Assembly (NCBI GenBank): GCA_964016885.1
Contig: OZ024760.1
Coordinates: 3,286,001-3,350,000, forward strand
From: Eledone cirrhosa
Lineage: Eukaryota
Length of the DNA: 64,000 bases
Reading direction: 5' to 3'
This document shows, in pieces, positions 1-15,200 of this stretch. The position numbers and the translations under genes were made by a program. The notes below the pieces were generated by a model. The model did not search any database and had not been told where the DNA came from. It saw only the letters and a program-made list of their open reading frames with translations. The stretch's first letter is position 1. Each line of letters starts with the position of its first letter.

Positions 1-3000
1 TTGTTAATGCTGATGGTGGTATCGGTATTGTTAGTACTGATGGTGGTATTGGTATTGTTAGTACTGATGGTGGTATTGGTATTGTTAGTACTGATGGTGG
101 TATTGGTATTGTTAGTGGTGATGGTGGTATTGGTATTGTTAGTGCTGATGCTGGTATTGGTATTGTTAGTGCTGATGGTGGTGTTGGTATTGTTAGTACT
201 GATGGTGGTATTGGTATTGTTAGTGGCGATGGTGGTATTGGTATTGTTAGTGGTGATGGTGGTATTGGTATTGTTAGTACTGATGGTGGTATTGGTATTG
301 TTAGTACTGATGGCGTTATTGGTATTCTTAGTACTGATGGTGGTATTGGTATTGTTAGTGGTGATGGTGGTATTGGTATTGTTAGTGGTGATGGTGTTAT
401 CGGTATTGTTAGTACTGATGGTGGTATTGGTATTGTTAGTACTGATGGTGGTATTGGTATTGTTAGTGGTGATGGTGGTATTGGTATTGTTAGTACTGAT
501 GGTGGTATTGGTATTGTTAGTGGTGATGGTGGTATTGGTATTGTTAGTACTGATGGGGGTATTGGTATTGTTAGTGCTGATGGTGGTATTGGTATTGTTA
601 GTGGTGATGGTGGTATTGGTATCGTTAGTACTGATGGTGGTATTGGAATTGTTAGTACTGGTGGTGGTATTGGTATTGTTAGTGCTGATGGTGCTGATGG
701 TATTGTTAGTGCTGATGGTGGTATTGTTAGTGCTGATGGTGGTATTGGTATTGTTAGTACTGATGGTGGTATTGTTAGTACTGATGGTGGTATTGGTATT
801 GTTAGTACTGATGGTGGTATTGGTATTGTTATTACTGATGGTGGTATTGTTAGTACTGATGGTGGTATTGGTATTGTTTGTACTGATGGTGGTATTGGTA
901 TTGTTAGTACTGATGGTGGTATTGGTATTGTTAGTGCTGATGGTGGTATTGGTATTGTTAGTACTGATGGTGGTATTGGTATTGTTAGTGCTGATGGTGG
1001 TATTGGTATTGTTAGTACTGATGGTGGTATTGTTAGTGCTGCTGGTGGTATTGGTATTGTTAGTACTGATGGTGGTATTGTTAGTGCTGATGGTGGTATT
1101 GGTATTGTTAGTGCTGATGGTGGTATTGGTATTGTTAGTGCTGATGGTGGTCATGGTGTTGTTAGTACTGATGGTGGTATTGGTATTGTTAGTACTGATG
1201 GTGGTATTGGTATTGTTAGGATTGATGGTGGTATTGGTATTGTTAGTGCTGATGGTGTTATTGGTATTCTTAGTACTGATGGTGGTATTGGTATTGTTAG
1301 TACTGATGGTGGTATTGTTAGTACTGATGGTGGTATTGGTATTGTTAGTACTGATGGTGGTATTGGTATTGTTAGTACTGATGGCGGTATTGGTATTGTT
1401 AGGATTGATGGTGGTATTGGTATCGTTAGTACTGATGGTGGTATTGGTATCGTTAATGGTGATGGTGGTATTGGTATTGTTAGTACTGATGGTGGTATTA
1501 GTATTGTTAGTGCTGATGGTGGTATTGGTATTGTTAGGATTGATGGTGGTATTGGTATTGTTAGTACTGATGGTGTTATTGGTATCGTTAATGGTGATGC
1601 TGGTATTGGTATTGTTAGTACTGACGTTGATATTGGTATCGTTAGTACTGATAGTGGTATTGGTATTCTTAGTACTGATGGTGGTATTGGTATTGTTAGT
1701 GGTGATGGTGGTATTGGTATTGTTAGTGCTGATGGTGGTATTGGTATTGTTAGTGCTGGTGGTGGTACTGGTGTTGTTAGTACTGACGTTGATATTGGTA
1801 TCGTTAGTACTGATGGTGGTATTGGTATTGTTAGTACTGATGGTGGTATTAGTATTGTTAGTACTGATGGTGGTATTGGTATCGTTAGTGCTGATGCTGT
1901 TATAGGTATTGTTAGTACTGATGGTGTTATATGTATTGTTAGTACTGATGGTGGTATTGGTATTGTTAGTACTGATGGTGTTATTGGTATTGTTAGTGGT
2001 GATGGTGGTATTGGTATTGTTAGTGCTGATGGTGGTATTGGTATTGTTAGTGCTGATGGTGGTATTGGTATTGTTAGTGCTGATGGTGGTATTGGTATTG
2101 TTAGTACTGATGGTGTTATTGGTATTGTTAGTGGTGAAGGTGGTATTGGTATTGTTAGTGGTGAAGGTGGTATTGGTATTGTTAGTGCTGATGGTGGTAT
2201 TGGTATTGTTAGTGTTGATGGTGGTATTGGTATTGTTAGTGCTGATGGTGGTATTGGTATGGTTAGTGCTAATGGTGGTATTGGTATTGTTAGTTCTGAT
2301 GGTGTTATTGGTATTGTTAGTGGTGAAGGTGGTATTGGTATTGTTAGTGGTGAAGGTGGTATTGGTATTGTTAGTGCTGATGGTGGTATTGGTATTGTTA
2401 GTGGTGAAGGTGGTATTGGTATTGTTAGTGCTGATGGTGGTATTGGTATTGTTAGTGGTGAAGGTGGTATTGGTATTGTTAATGGTGATGGTGTTATCGG
2501 TATTGTTAGTACTGATGGTGGTATTGGTATTGTTAGTGCTGATGGTGGTATTGGTATTGTTGGTACTGATGGTGATATTGGTATTGTTAGTGCTGATGGT
2601 GGTATTGGTATTGTAAGTGCTGATGGTGGTATTGGTATTGTTAGTGCTGATGGTGGTATTGGTATTGTTAGTACTGATGGTGATATTGGTATTGTTAGTG
2701 CTGATGGTGGTATTGGTATTGTTAGTACTGATGGTGGTATTGGTATTGTTAGTACTGATGGTGGTATTGTATTGTTAGTACTGATGGTGGTATTGGTACT
2801 GTAAGTGCTGATGGTGGTATTGGTGTTGTTAGTACTGATGGTGGTATTGGTATTGTTAGTGCTGATGGTGGTATTGGTATTGTTAGTACTGATGATGGTA
2901 TTGTTATTGTTAGTGCTGATTGTGGTATTGGTATTGTTAGTATTGATGGTGGTATTGGTATTGTTAGTGCTGACGGTGGTATTGGTAAAGTTAGTGCTGA

Positions 3001-6000
3001 TGCTGGTATTGGTATTGTTAGTACTGATGGTGGTAGTGGTATTGTTAGTACTGATGGTGGTATTGGTATTGTTAGTGCTGATGGTGGTATTGGTATTGTT
3101 AGTGCTGATGCTGGTATTGGTATTGTTAGTGCTGATGGTGGTATTGGTATTGTTAGTACTGATGGTGGTATTGGTATTGTTAGTGGCGATGGTGGTATTG
3201 GTATTGTTAGTGGTGATGGTGGTATTGGTATTGTTAGTACTGATGGGGGTATTGGTATTGTTAGTACTGATGGTGTTATTGGTATTCTTAGTACTGATGG
3301 TGGTATTGGTATTGTTAGTGGTGATGGTGGTATTGGTATTGTTAGTACTGATGGTGGTATTGGAATTGTTAGTACTGGTGGTGGTATTGGTATTGTTAGT
3401 GCTGATGGTGCTGATGGTATTGTTAGTGCTGATGGTGGTATTGTTAGTGCTGATGGTGATATTGGTATTGTTAGTACTGATGGTGGTATTGGTATTGTTA
3501 GTACTGATGGTGGTATTGGTATTGTTAGTACTGATGGTGGTATTGGTATTGTTAGTACTGATGGTGGTATTGTTAGTACTGATGGTGGTATTGGTATTGT
3601 TAGTACTGATGGTGGTATTGGTATTGTTAGTACTGATGGTGGTATTGGTATCGTTAGTGCTGATGGTGGTATTGGTATTGTTAGTACTGATGGTGGTATT
3701 GGTATTGTTAGTGCTGATGGTGTTATTGGTATTGTTAGTGCTGATGGTGGTATTGTTAGTATTGTTAGTACTGATGGTGGTATTGGTATTGTTAGTGCTG
3801 ATGGTGGTATTGGTATTGTTAGTACTGATGGTGTTATTGGTATTGTTAGTGCTGATGGTGGTATTGGTATTGTTAGTGCTGATGGTGGTATTGTTAGTAT
3901 TGTTAATGCTGATGGTGGTATCGGTATTGTTAGTACTGATGGTGGTATTGGTATTGTTAGTACTGATGGTGGTATTGGTATTGTTAGTACTGATGGTGGT
4001 ATTGGTATTGTTAGTGGTGATGGTGGTATTGGTATTGTTAGTGCTGATGCTGGTATTGGTATTGTTAGTGCTGATGGTGGTATTGGTATTGTTAGTACTG
4101 ATGGTGGTATTGGTATTGTTAGTGGCGATGGTGGTATTGGTATTGTTAGTGGTGATGGTGGTATTGGTATTGTTAGTACTGATGGTGGTATTGGTATTGT
4201 TAGTACTGATGGCGTTATTGGTATTCTTAGTACTGATGGTGGTATTGGTATTGTTAGTGGTGATGGTGGTATTGGTATTGTTAGTGGTGATGGTGTTATC
4301 GGTATTGTTAGTACTGATGGTGGTATTGGTATTGTTAGTACTGATGGTGGTATTGGTATTGTTAGTGGTGATGGTGGTATTGGTATTGTTAGTACTGATG
4401 GTGGTATTGGTATTGTTAGTGGTGATGGTGGTATTGGTATTGTTAGTACTGATGGGGGTATTGGTATTGTTAGTGCTGATGGTGGTATTGGTATTGTTAG
4501 TGGTGATGGTGGTATTGGTATCGTTAGTACTGATGGTGGTATTGGAATTGTTAGTACTGGTGGTGGTATTGGTATTGTTAGTGCTGATGGTGCTGATGGT
4601 ATTGTTAGTGCTGATGGTGGTATTGTTAGTGCTGATGGTGGTATTGGTATTGTTAGTACTGATGGTGGTATTGTTAGTACTGATGGTGGTATTGGTATTG
4701 TTAGTACTGATGGTGGTATTGGTATTGTTATTACTGATGGTGGTATTGTTAGTACTGATGGTGGTATTGGTATTGTTTGTACTGATGGTGGTATTGGTAT
4801 TGTTAGTACTGATGGTGGTATTGGTATTGTTAGTGCTGATGGTGGTATTGGTATTGTTAGTACTGATGGTGGTATTGGTATTGTTAGTGCTGATGGTGGT
4901 ATTGGTATTGTTAGTACTGATGGTGGTATTGTTAGTGCTGCTGGTGGTATTGGTATTGTTAGTACTGATGGTGGTATTGTTAGTGCTGATGGTGGTATTG
5001 GTATTGTTAGTGCTGATGGTGGTATTGGTATTGTTAGTGCTGATGGTGGTCATGGTGTTGTTAGTACTGATGGTGGTATTGGTATTGTTAGTACTGATGG
5101 TGGTATTGGTATTGTTAGGATTGATGGTGGTATTGGTATTGTTAGTGCTGATGGTGTTATTGGTATTCTTAGTACTGATGGTGGTATTGGTATTGTTAGT
5201 ACTGATGGTGGTATTGTTAGTACTGATGGTGGTATTGGTATTGTTAGTACTGATGGTGGTATTGGTATTGTTAGTACTGATGGCGGTATTGGTATTGTTA
5301 GGATTGATGGTGGTATTGGTATCGTTAGTACTGATGGTGGTATTGGTATCGTTAATGGTGATGGTGGTATTGGTATTGTTAGTACTGATGGTGGTATTAG
5401 TATTGTTAGTGCTGATGGTGGTATTGGTATTGTTAGGATTGATGGTGGTATTGGTATTGTTAGTACTGATGGTGTTATTGGTATCGTTAATGGTGATGCT
5501 GGTATTGGTATTGTTAGTACTGACGTTGATATTGGTATCGTTAGTACTGATAGTGGTATTGGTATTCTTAGTACTGATGGTGGTATTGGTATTGTTAGTG
5601 GTGATGGTGGTATTGGTATTGTTAGTGCTGATGGTGGTATTGGTATTGTTAGTGCTGGTGGTGGTACTGGTGTTGTTAGTACTGACGTTGATATTGGTAT
5701 CGTTAGTACTGATGGTGGTATTGGTATTGTTAGTACTGATGGTGGTATTAGTATTGTTAGTACTGATGGTGGTATTGGTATCGTTAGTGCTGATGCTGTT
5801 ATAGGTATTGTTAGTACTGATGGTGTTATATGTATTGTTAGTACTGATGGTGGTATTGGTATTGTTAGTACTGATGGTGTTATTGGTATTGTTAGTGGTG
5901 ATGGTGGTATTGGTATTGTTAGTGCTGATGGTGGTATTGGTATTGTTAGTGCTGATGGTGGTATTGGTATTGTTAGTGCTGATGGTGGTATTGGTATTGT

Positions 6001-6112
6001 TAGTACTGATGGTGTTATTGGTATTGTTAGTGGTGAAGGTGGTATTGGTATTGTTAGTGGTGAAGGTGGTATTGGTATTGTTAGTGCTGATGGTGGTATT
6101 GGTATTGTTAGT
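1..6112. repeat. Higher-order duplication, offset 3899 bp (1..~2213 repeated at 3900..~6112; the first copy is cut by the window edge)
   Basis: Base 1 'ttgttaatgctgatggtggtatcggt' recurs at 3900. Rare variants recur in the same order (GGCGTT, GTTTGT, GGTCATGGTGTT at ~1149/~5048, GCTGTTATAGG). ORF ends 1905 and 5804 differ by 3899. One SNP seen (183 G vs 4082 A). Confidence 0.9.
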
Positions 6113-6699
6113 GGTGAAGGTGGTATTGGTATTGTTAGTGCTGATGGTGGTATTGGTATTGTTAGTGGTGAAGGTGGTATTGGTATTGTTAATGGTGATG
6201 GTGTTATCGGTATTGTTAGTACTGATGGTGGTATTGGTATCGTTAGTGCTGATGCTGTTATAGGTATTGTTAGTACTGATGGTGTTATATGTATTGTTAG
6301 TACTGATGGTGGTATTGGTATTGTTAGTACTGATGGTGTTATTGGTATTGTTAGTGGTGATGGTGGTATTGGTATTGTTAGTGCTGATGGTGGTATTGGT
6401 ATTGTTAGTGCTGATGGTGGTATTGGTATTGTTAGTGCTGATGGTGGTATTGGTATTGTTAGTACTGATGGTGTTATTGGTATTGTTAGTGGTGAAGGTG
6501 GTATTGGTATTGTTAGTGGTGAAGGTGGTATTGGTATTGTTAGTGCTGATGGTGGTATTGGTATTGTTAGTGGTGAAGGTGGTATTGGTATTGTAAGTGC
6601 TGATGGTGGTATTGGTATTGTTAGTGGTGAAGGTGGTATTGGTATTGTTAATGGTGATGGTGTTATCGGTATTGTTAGTACTGATGGTGGTATTGGTAT
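5751..6699. repeat. Tandem duplication of a 459-bp (17-unit) block
   Basis: 'gatgctgttataggtattgttagtactgatggtgttatatgt' occurs at ~5792 and ~6251. ORF ends 5804/6263 and starts 5808/6267 differ by 459 = 17x27. Confidence 0.9.
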
Positions 6700-9273
6700 T
6701 GTTAGTGCTGATGGTGTTATTGGTATTGTTAGTGCTGATGGTGGTATTGGTATTGTTAGTACTGATGGTGTTATTGGTATTGTTAGTGGTGATGGTGGTA
6801 TTGGTATTGTTAGTACTGATGGTGGTATTGTTAGTGCTGATGGTGGTATTGGTATTGTTAGTACTGATGGTGGTATTGTTAGTGCTGATGGTGCTATTGG
6901 TATTGTTAGTGCTGATGGTGGTATTGGTATTGTTAGTGCTGATGGTGGTCATGGTGTTGTTAGTACTGATGGTGGTATTGGTATTGTTAGTACTGATGGT
7001 GGTATTGATATTGTTAGGATTGATGGTGGTATTGGTATTGTTAGTGCTGATGGTGTTATTGGTATTCTTAGTACTGATGGTGGTATTGGTATTGTTAGTA
7101 CTGATGGTGGTATTGTTAGTACTGATGGTGGTATTGGTATTGTTAGTACTGATGGTGGTATTGGTATTGTTAGTACTCATGGCGGTATTGGTATTGTTAG
7201 GATTGATGGTGGTATTGGTATCGTTATTACTGATGGTGGTATTGGTATCGTTAATGGTGATGGTGGTATTGGTATTGTTAGTACTGATGGTGGTATTAGT
7301 ATTGTTAGTGCTGATGGTGGTATTGGTATTGTTAGGATTGATGGTGGTATTGGTATTGTTAGTACTGATGGTGGTATTGGTATCGTTAATGGTGATGCTG
7401 GTATTGGTATTGTTAGTACTGACGTTGATATTGGTATCGTTAGTACTGATAGTGGTATTGGTATTCTTAGTACTGATGGTGGTATTGGTATTGTTAGTGG
7501 TGATGGTGGTATTGGTATTGTTAGTGCTGATGGTGGTATTGGTATTGTTAGTGCTGATGGTGGTATTGGTATTGTTAGTGCTGATGGTGGTATTTGTATT
7601 GTTAGTGGTGAAGGTGGTATTGGTATTGTTAGTACCGATGGTGGTATTGGTATCGTTAATGGTGATGGTGGTATTGGTATTGTTAGTACTGACGTTGATA
7701 TTGGTATCGTTAGTACTGATGGTGGTATTGGTATTGTTAGTACTGATGGTGGTATTAGTATTGTTAGTACTGATGGTGGTATTGGTATCGTTAGTGCTGA
7801 TGGTGTTATTGGTATTGTTAGTACTGATGGTGTTATATGTATTGTTAGTACTGATGGTGGTATTGGTATTGTTAGTACTGATGGTGGTATTGGTATTGTT
7901 AGTACTGATGGTGGTATTGGTATTGTTAGTACTGATGGTGGTATTGGTATTGTTAGTACTGATGTTGGTATTGGTATTGTTAGTACTGATGGTGGTATTG
8001 GTATTGTTAGTACTGATGGTGGTATTGGTATTGTTAGTACTGATGGTGGTATTAGTATTGTTAGTACTGATGGTGGTATTGGTATTGTTAGTGGTGATGG
8101 TGGTATTGGTATTGTTAGTGCTGATGGTGGTATTGGTATTGTTAGTGTTGATGGTGGTATTGGTATTGTTAGTGCTGATGGTGGTATTGGTATTGTTAGT
8201 GCTGATGGTGGTATTGGTATTGTTAGTGGCGATGGTGGTATTGGTATTGTTAGTACTGATGGTGTTATTGGTATTGTTAGTGGTGATGGTGGTATTGGTA
8301 TTGTTAGTACTGATGGTGGTATTGTTAGTGCTGATTGTGGTATTGGTATTGTTAGGATTGATGGTGGTATTGGTATTGTTAGTACTGATGGTGGTATTGG
8401 TATTGTTAGTACTGATGGTGGTATTGTTAGTACTGATTGTGGTATTGTTAGTGCTGATGGTGGTATTGGTATTGTTAGTGGCGATGGTGGTATTGGTATT
8501 GTTAGTACTGATGGTGTTATTGATATTGTTAGTGCTGATGGTGGTATTGGTATTGTTAGTACCGATGGTGTTATTGGTATTGTTAGTGGTGATGGTGGTA
8601 TTGGTATTGTTAGTGGCGATGTTGGTATTGGTATTGTTAGTACTGATGGTGGTATTGGTATTGTTAGTGCTGATGGTGGTATTGGTATTGTTAGTGCTGA
8701 TGGTGGTATTGGTATTGTTAGTGCTCATGGTGTTATTGGTATTGTTAGTGCTGATGGTGGTATTGGTATTGTTAGTACTGATGGTGTTATTGGTATTGTT
8801 AGTGCTGATGGTGTTATTGGTATTGTTAGTGCTGATGGTGGTATTGGTATTGTTAGTGCTGATGGTGTTATTGGTATTGTTAGTACTGATGGTGGTATTG
8901 GTATTGTTAGTACTGATGGTGGTATTGGTATTGTTAGTGCTGATGGTGTTATTGGTATTGTTAGTGCTGATGGTGTTATTGGTATTGTTAGTGCTGATGG
9001 TGTTATTGGTATTGTTAGTGCTGATGGTGTTATTGGTATTGTTAGTACTGATGGTGTTATTGGTATTGTTAGTGCTGATGGTGTTATTGGTGTTGTTAGT
9101 GCTGATGGTGGTATTGGTATTGTTAGTACTGATGGTGTTATTGGTATTGTTAGTGGTGATGGTGGTATTGGTATTGTTAGTACTGATGGTGTTATTGGTA
9201 TTGTTAGTACTGATGGTGTTATTGGTATTGTTAGTGCTGATGGTGTTATTGGTATTGTTAGTACTGATGGTGT

Positions 9274-12200
9274 TATTGGTATTGTTAGTGCTGATGGTGT
9301 TATTGGTATTGTTAGTGCTGATGGTGGTATTGGTATTGTTAGTGCTGATGGTGTTATTGGTATTGTTATTGCTGATGGTGTTATTGGTATTGTTAGTGCT
9401 GATGGTGGTATTGGTATTGTTAGTACTGATGGTGTTATTGGTATTGTTAGTGGTGATGGTGGTATTGGTATTGTTAGTACTGATGGTGGTATTGTTAGTG
9501 CTGATGGTGGTATTGGTATTGTTAGTACGGATGGTGGTATTGTTTGTGCTGATGGTGGTATTGGTATTGTTACTGCTGATGGTGGTCATGGTGTTGTTAG
9601 TACTGATGGTGGTATTGGTATTGTTAGTACTGATGGTGGTATTGGTATTGTTAGGATTGATGGTGGTATTGGTATTGTTAGTGCTGATGGTGTTATTGGT
9701 ATTCTTAGTACTGATGGTGGTATTGGTATTGTTAGTACTGATGGTGGTATTGTTAGTACTGATGGTGGTATTGGTATTGTTAGTACTGATGGTGGTATTG
9801 GTATTGTTAGTACTGATGGCGGTATTGGTATTGTTAGGATTGATGGTGGTATTGGTATTGTTAGTACTGATGGTGGTATTGGTATCGTTAATGGTGATGC
9901 TGGTATTGGTATTGTTAGTACTGACGTTGATATTGGTATCGTTAGTACTGATAGTGGTATTGGTATTCTTAGTACTGATGTTGGTATTGGTATTGTTAGT
10001 GGTGATGGTGGTATTGGTATTGTTAGTGCTGATGGTGGTATTGGTATTGTTAGTGCTGGTGGTGGTACTGGTGTTGTTAGTGCTGATGGTGGTATTGGTA
10101 TTGTTAGTGCTGCTGGTGGTATTGGTATTGTTAGTGCTGATGGTGGTATTGGTATTGTTAGTGGTGATGGTGGTATTGGTATGGTTAGTGCTGATGGTGG
10201 TATTTGTATTGTTAGTGGTGAAGGTGGTATTGGTATTGTTAGTACTGATGGTGGTATTGGTATCGTTAATGGTGATGGTGGTATTGGTATTGTTAGTACT
10301 GACGTTGATATTGGTATCGTTAGTACTGATGGTGGTATTGGTATTGTTAGTACTGATGGTGGTATTAGTATTGTTAGTACTGATGGTGGTATTGGTATCG
10401 TTAGTGCTGATGGTGTTATTGGTATTGTTAGTACTGATGGTGTTATATGTATTGTTAGTACTGATGGTGGTATTGGTATTGTTAGTACTGATGGTGGTAT
10501 TGGTATTGTTAGTGGTGATGGTGGTATTGGTATTGTTAGTGCTGATGGTGGTATTGGTATTGTTAGTGTTGATGGTGGTATTGGTATTGTTAGTGCTAAT
10601 GGTGGTATTGGTATTGTTAGTACTGATGGTGTTATTGGTATTGTTAGTGGTGAAGGTGGTATTGGTATTGTTAGTGGTGAAGGTGGTATTGGTATTGTTA
10701 GTGCTGATGGTGGTATTGGTATTGTTAGTGGTGAAGGTGGTATTGGTATTGTTAGTGCTGATGGTGGTATTGGTATTGTTAGTGGTGAAGGTGGTATTGG
10801 TATTGTTAATGGTGATGGTGTTATCGGTATTGTTAGTACTGATGGTGGTATTGGTATTGTTAGTGCTGATGGTGGTATTGGTATTGTTGGTACTGATGGT
10901 GATATTGGTATTGTTAGTGCTGATGGTGGTATTGGTATTGTAAGTGCTGATGGTGGTATTGGTATTGTTAGTGCTGATGGTGGTATTGGTATTGTTAGTA
11001 CTGATGGTGATATTGGTATTGTTAGTGCTGATGGTGGTATTGGTATTGTTAGTACTGATGGTGGTATTGGTATTGTTAGTACTGATGGTGGTATTGTATT
11101 GTTAGTACTAATGGTGGTATTGGTACTGTAAGTGCTGATGGTGGTATTGGTGGTGTTAGTACTGATGGTGGTATTGGTATTGTTAGTGCTGATGGTGGTA
11201 TTGGTATTGTTAGTACTGATGATGGTATTGTTATTGTTAGTGCTGATTGTGGTATTGGTATTGTTAGTATTGATGGTGGTATTGGTATTGTTAGTGCTGA
11301 CGGTGGTATTGGTAATGTTAGTGCTGATGCTGGTATTGGTATTGTTAGTACTGATGGTGGTAGTGGTATTGTTAGTACTGATGGTGGTATTGGTATTGTT
11401 AGTGGTGATGGTGGTATTGGTATTGTTAGTGCTGATGCTGGTATTGGTATTGTTAGTGCTGATGGTGGTATTGGTATTGTTAGTACTGATGGTGGTATTG
11501 GTATTGTTAGTGGCGATGGTGGTATTGGTATTGTTAGTGGTTATGGTGGTATTGGTATTGTTAGTACTGATGGTGGTATTGGTATTGTTAGTACTGATGG
11601 TGTTATTGGTATTCTTAGTACTGATGGTGGTATTGGTATTGTTAGTGGTGATGGTGGTATTGGTATTGTTAGTACTGATGGTGGTATTGGAATTGTTAGT
11701 ACTGGTGGTGGTATTGGTATTGTTAGTGCTGATGGTGCTGATGGTATTGTTAGTGCTGATGGTGGTATTGTTAGTGCTGATGGTGATATTGGTATTGTTA
11801 GTACTGATGGTGGTATTGTTAGTACTGATGGTGGTATTGGTATTGTTAGTACTGATGGTGGTATTGGTATTGTTAGTACTGATGGTGGTATTGGTATTGT
11901 TAGTGGTGAAGGTGGTATTGGTATTGTTAGTGCTGATGGTGGTATTGGTATTGTTAGTGGTGAAGGTGGTATTGGTATTGTTAATGGTGATGGTGTTATC
12001 GGTATTGTTAGTACTGATGGTGGTATTGGTATTGTTAGTGCTGATGGTGGTATTGGTATTGTTGGTACTGATGGTGATATTGGTATTGTTAGTGCTGATG
12101 GTGGTATTGGTATTGTAAGTGCTGATGGTGGTATTGGTATTGTTAGTGCTGATGGTGGTATTGGTATTGTTAGTACTGATGGTGATATTGGTATTGTTAG

Positions 12201-15200
12201 TGCTGATGGTGGTATTGGTATTGTTAGTACTGATGGTGGTATTGGTATTGTTAGTACTGATGGTGGTATTGTATTGTTAGTACTGATGGTGGTATTGGTA
12301 CTGTAAGTGCTGATGGTGGTATTGGTGGTGTTAGTACTGATGGTGGTATTGGTATTGTTAGTGCTGATAGTGGTATTGGTATTGTTAGTACTGATGATGG
12401 TATTGTTATTGTTAGTGCTGATTGTGGTATTGGTATTGTTAGTATTGATGGTGGTATTGGTATTGTTAGTGCTGACGGTGGTATTGGTAATGTTAGTGCT
12501 GATGCTGGTATTGGTATTGTTAGTACTGATGGTGGTAGTGGTATTGTTAGTACTGATGGTGGTATTGGTATTGTTAGTGGTGATGGTGGTATTGGTATTG
12601 TTAGTGCTGATGCTGGTATTGGTATTGTTAGTGCTGATGGTGGTATTGGTATTGTTAGTACTGATGGTGGTATTGGTATTGTTAGTGGCGTTGGTGGTAT
12701 TGGTATTGTTAGTGGTTATGGTGGTATTGGTATTGTTAGTACTGATGGTGGTATTGGTATTGTTAGTACTGATGGTGTTATTGGTATTCTTAGTACTGAT
12801 GGTGGTATTGGTATTGTTAGTGGTGATGGTGGTATTGGTATTGTTAGTACTGATGGTGGTATTGGAATTGTTAGTACTGGTGGTGGTATTGTTAGTGCTG
12901 ATGGTGTTATTGGTATTGTTAGTGCTGATGGTGGTATTGTTAGTGCTGATGGTGATATTGGTATTGTTAGTACTGATGGTGGTATTGTTAGTACTGATGG
13001 TGGTATTGGTATTGTTAGTACTGATGGTGGTATTGGTATTGTTAGTACTGATGGTGCTGATGGTATTGTTAGTGCTGATGGTGGTATTGTTAGTGCTGAT
13101 GGTGATATTGGTATTGTTAGTACTGATGGTGGTATTGTTAGTACTGATGGTGGTATTGGTATTGTTAGTACTGATGGTGGTATTGGTATTGTTAGTACTG
13201 ATGGTGGTATTGTTAGTGCTGATGGTGTTATTGGTATTGTTAGTGCTGATGGTGGTATTGTTAGTATTGTTAGTACTGATGGTGGTATTGGTATTGTTAG
13301 TGCTGATGGTGGTATTGGTATTGTTAGTACTGATGGTGTTATTGGTATTGTTAGTGCTGATGGTGGTATTGGTATTGTTAGTGCTGATGGTGGTATTGTT
13401 AGTATTGTTAGTACTGATGGTGGTATTGGTATTGTTAGTACTGATGGTGGTATTGGTAATGTTAGTACTGATGGTGGTATTGGTATTGTTAGTACTGATG
13501 ATGGTATTGGTATTGTTAGTGGTGATGGTGGTATTGGTATTGTTAGTGCTGATGCTGGTATTGGTATTGTTAGTGCTGATGGTGGTATTGGTATTGTTAG
13601 TACTGATGGTGGTATTGGTATTGTTAGTGGCGATGGTGGTATTGGTATTGTTAGTGGTGATGGTGGTATTGGTATTGTTAGTACTGATGGTGGTATTGGT
13701 ATTGTTAGTACTGATGGTGTTATTGGTATTCTTAGTACTGATTGTGGTATTGGTATTGTTAGTGGTGATGGTGGTATTGGTATTGTTAGTGGTGATGGTG
13801 TTATCGGTATTGTTAGTACTGATGGTGGTATTGGTATTGTTAGTACTGATGGTGGTATTGGTATTGTTAGTGGTGATGGTGGTATTGGTATTGTTAGTGC
13901 TGATGGTGGTATTGGTATTGTTAGTGGTGATGGTGGTATTGGTATTGTTAGTACTGATGGGGGTATTGGTATTGTTAGTGCTGATGGTGGTATTGGTATT
14001 GTTAGTGGTGATGGTGGTATTGGTATCGTTAGTACTGATGGTGGTATTGGAATTGTTAGTACTGGTGGTGGTATTGGTATTGTTAGTGCTGATGGTGCTG
14101 ATGGTATTGTTAGTGCTGATGGTGGTATTGTTAGTGCTGATGGTGGTATTGGTATTGTTAGTACTGATGGTGGTATTGTTAGTACTGATGGTGGTATTGG
14201 TATTGTTAGTACTGATGGTGGTATTGGTATTGTTAGTACTGATGGTGGTATTGGTATTGTTAGTACTGATGGTGGTATTGTTAGCACTGATGGTGGTATT
14301 GGTATTGTTTGTACTGATGGTGGTATTGGTATTGTTAGTACTGATGGTGGTATTGGTATTGTTAGTGCTGATGGTGGTATTGGTATTGTTAGTACTGATG
14401 GTGGTATTGGTATTGTTAGTGCTGATGGTGGTATTGGTATTGTTAGTACTGATGGTGGTATTGTTAGTGCTGCTGGTGGTATTGGTATTGTTAGTACTGA
14501 TGGTGGTATTGTTAGTGCTGATGGTGGTATTGGTATTGTTAGTGCTGATGGTGGTATTGGTATTGTTAGTGCTGATGGTGGTCATGGTGTTGTTAGTACT
14601 GATGGTGGTATTGGTATTGTTAGTGCTGATGGTGTTATTGGTATTGTTAGTGCTGATGGTGGTATTGGTATTGTTAGTGCTGATGGTGTTATTGGTATTG
14701 TTATTGCTGATGGTGTTATTGGTATTGTTAGTGCTGATGGTGGTATTGGTATTGTTAGTACTGATGGTGTTATTGGTATTGTTAGTGGTGATGGTGGTAT
14801 TGGTATTGTTAGTACTGATGGTGGTATTGTTAGTGCTGATGGTGGTATTGGTATTGTTAGTACGGATGGTGGTATTGTTTGTGCTGATGGTGGTATTGGT
14901 ATTGTTACTGCTGATGGTGGTCATGGTGTTGTTAGTACTGATGGTGGTATTGGTATTGTTAGTACTGATGGTGGTATTGGTATTGTTAGGATTGATGGTG
15001 GTATTGGTATTGTTAGTGCTGATGGTGTTATTGGTATTCTTAGTACTGATGGTGGTATTGGTATTGTTAGTACTGATGGTGGTATTGTTAGTACTGATGG
15101 TGGTATTGGTATTGTTAGTACTGATGGTGGTATTGGTATTGTTAGTACTGATGGCGGTATTGGTATTGTTAGGATTGATGGTGGTATTGGTATTGTTAGT

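Noticed and set aside
1151-9589. 2812-aa minus-strand T/N-rich ORF (and similar 11541..14924, 16876..19920) as a mucin or adhesin CDS
   Set aside because: The start codon is just the sporadic CAT variant, the frame continues upstream, the protein switches to IPIPPSVLT at a copied 1-bp deletion, and there is no signal peptide or unique domain. Kept only as a hypothesis in findings.
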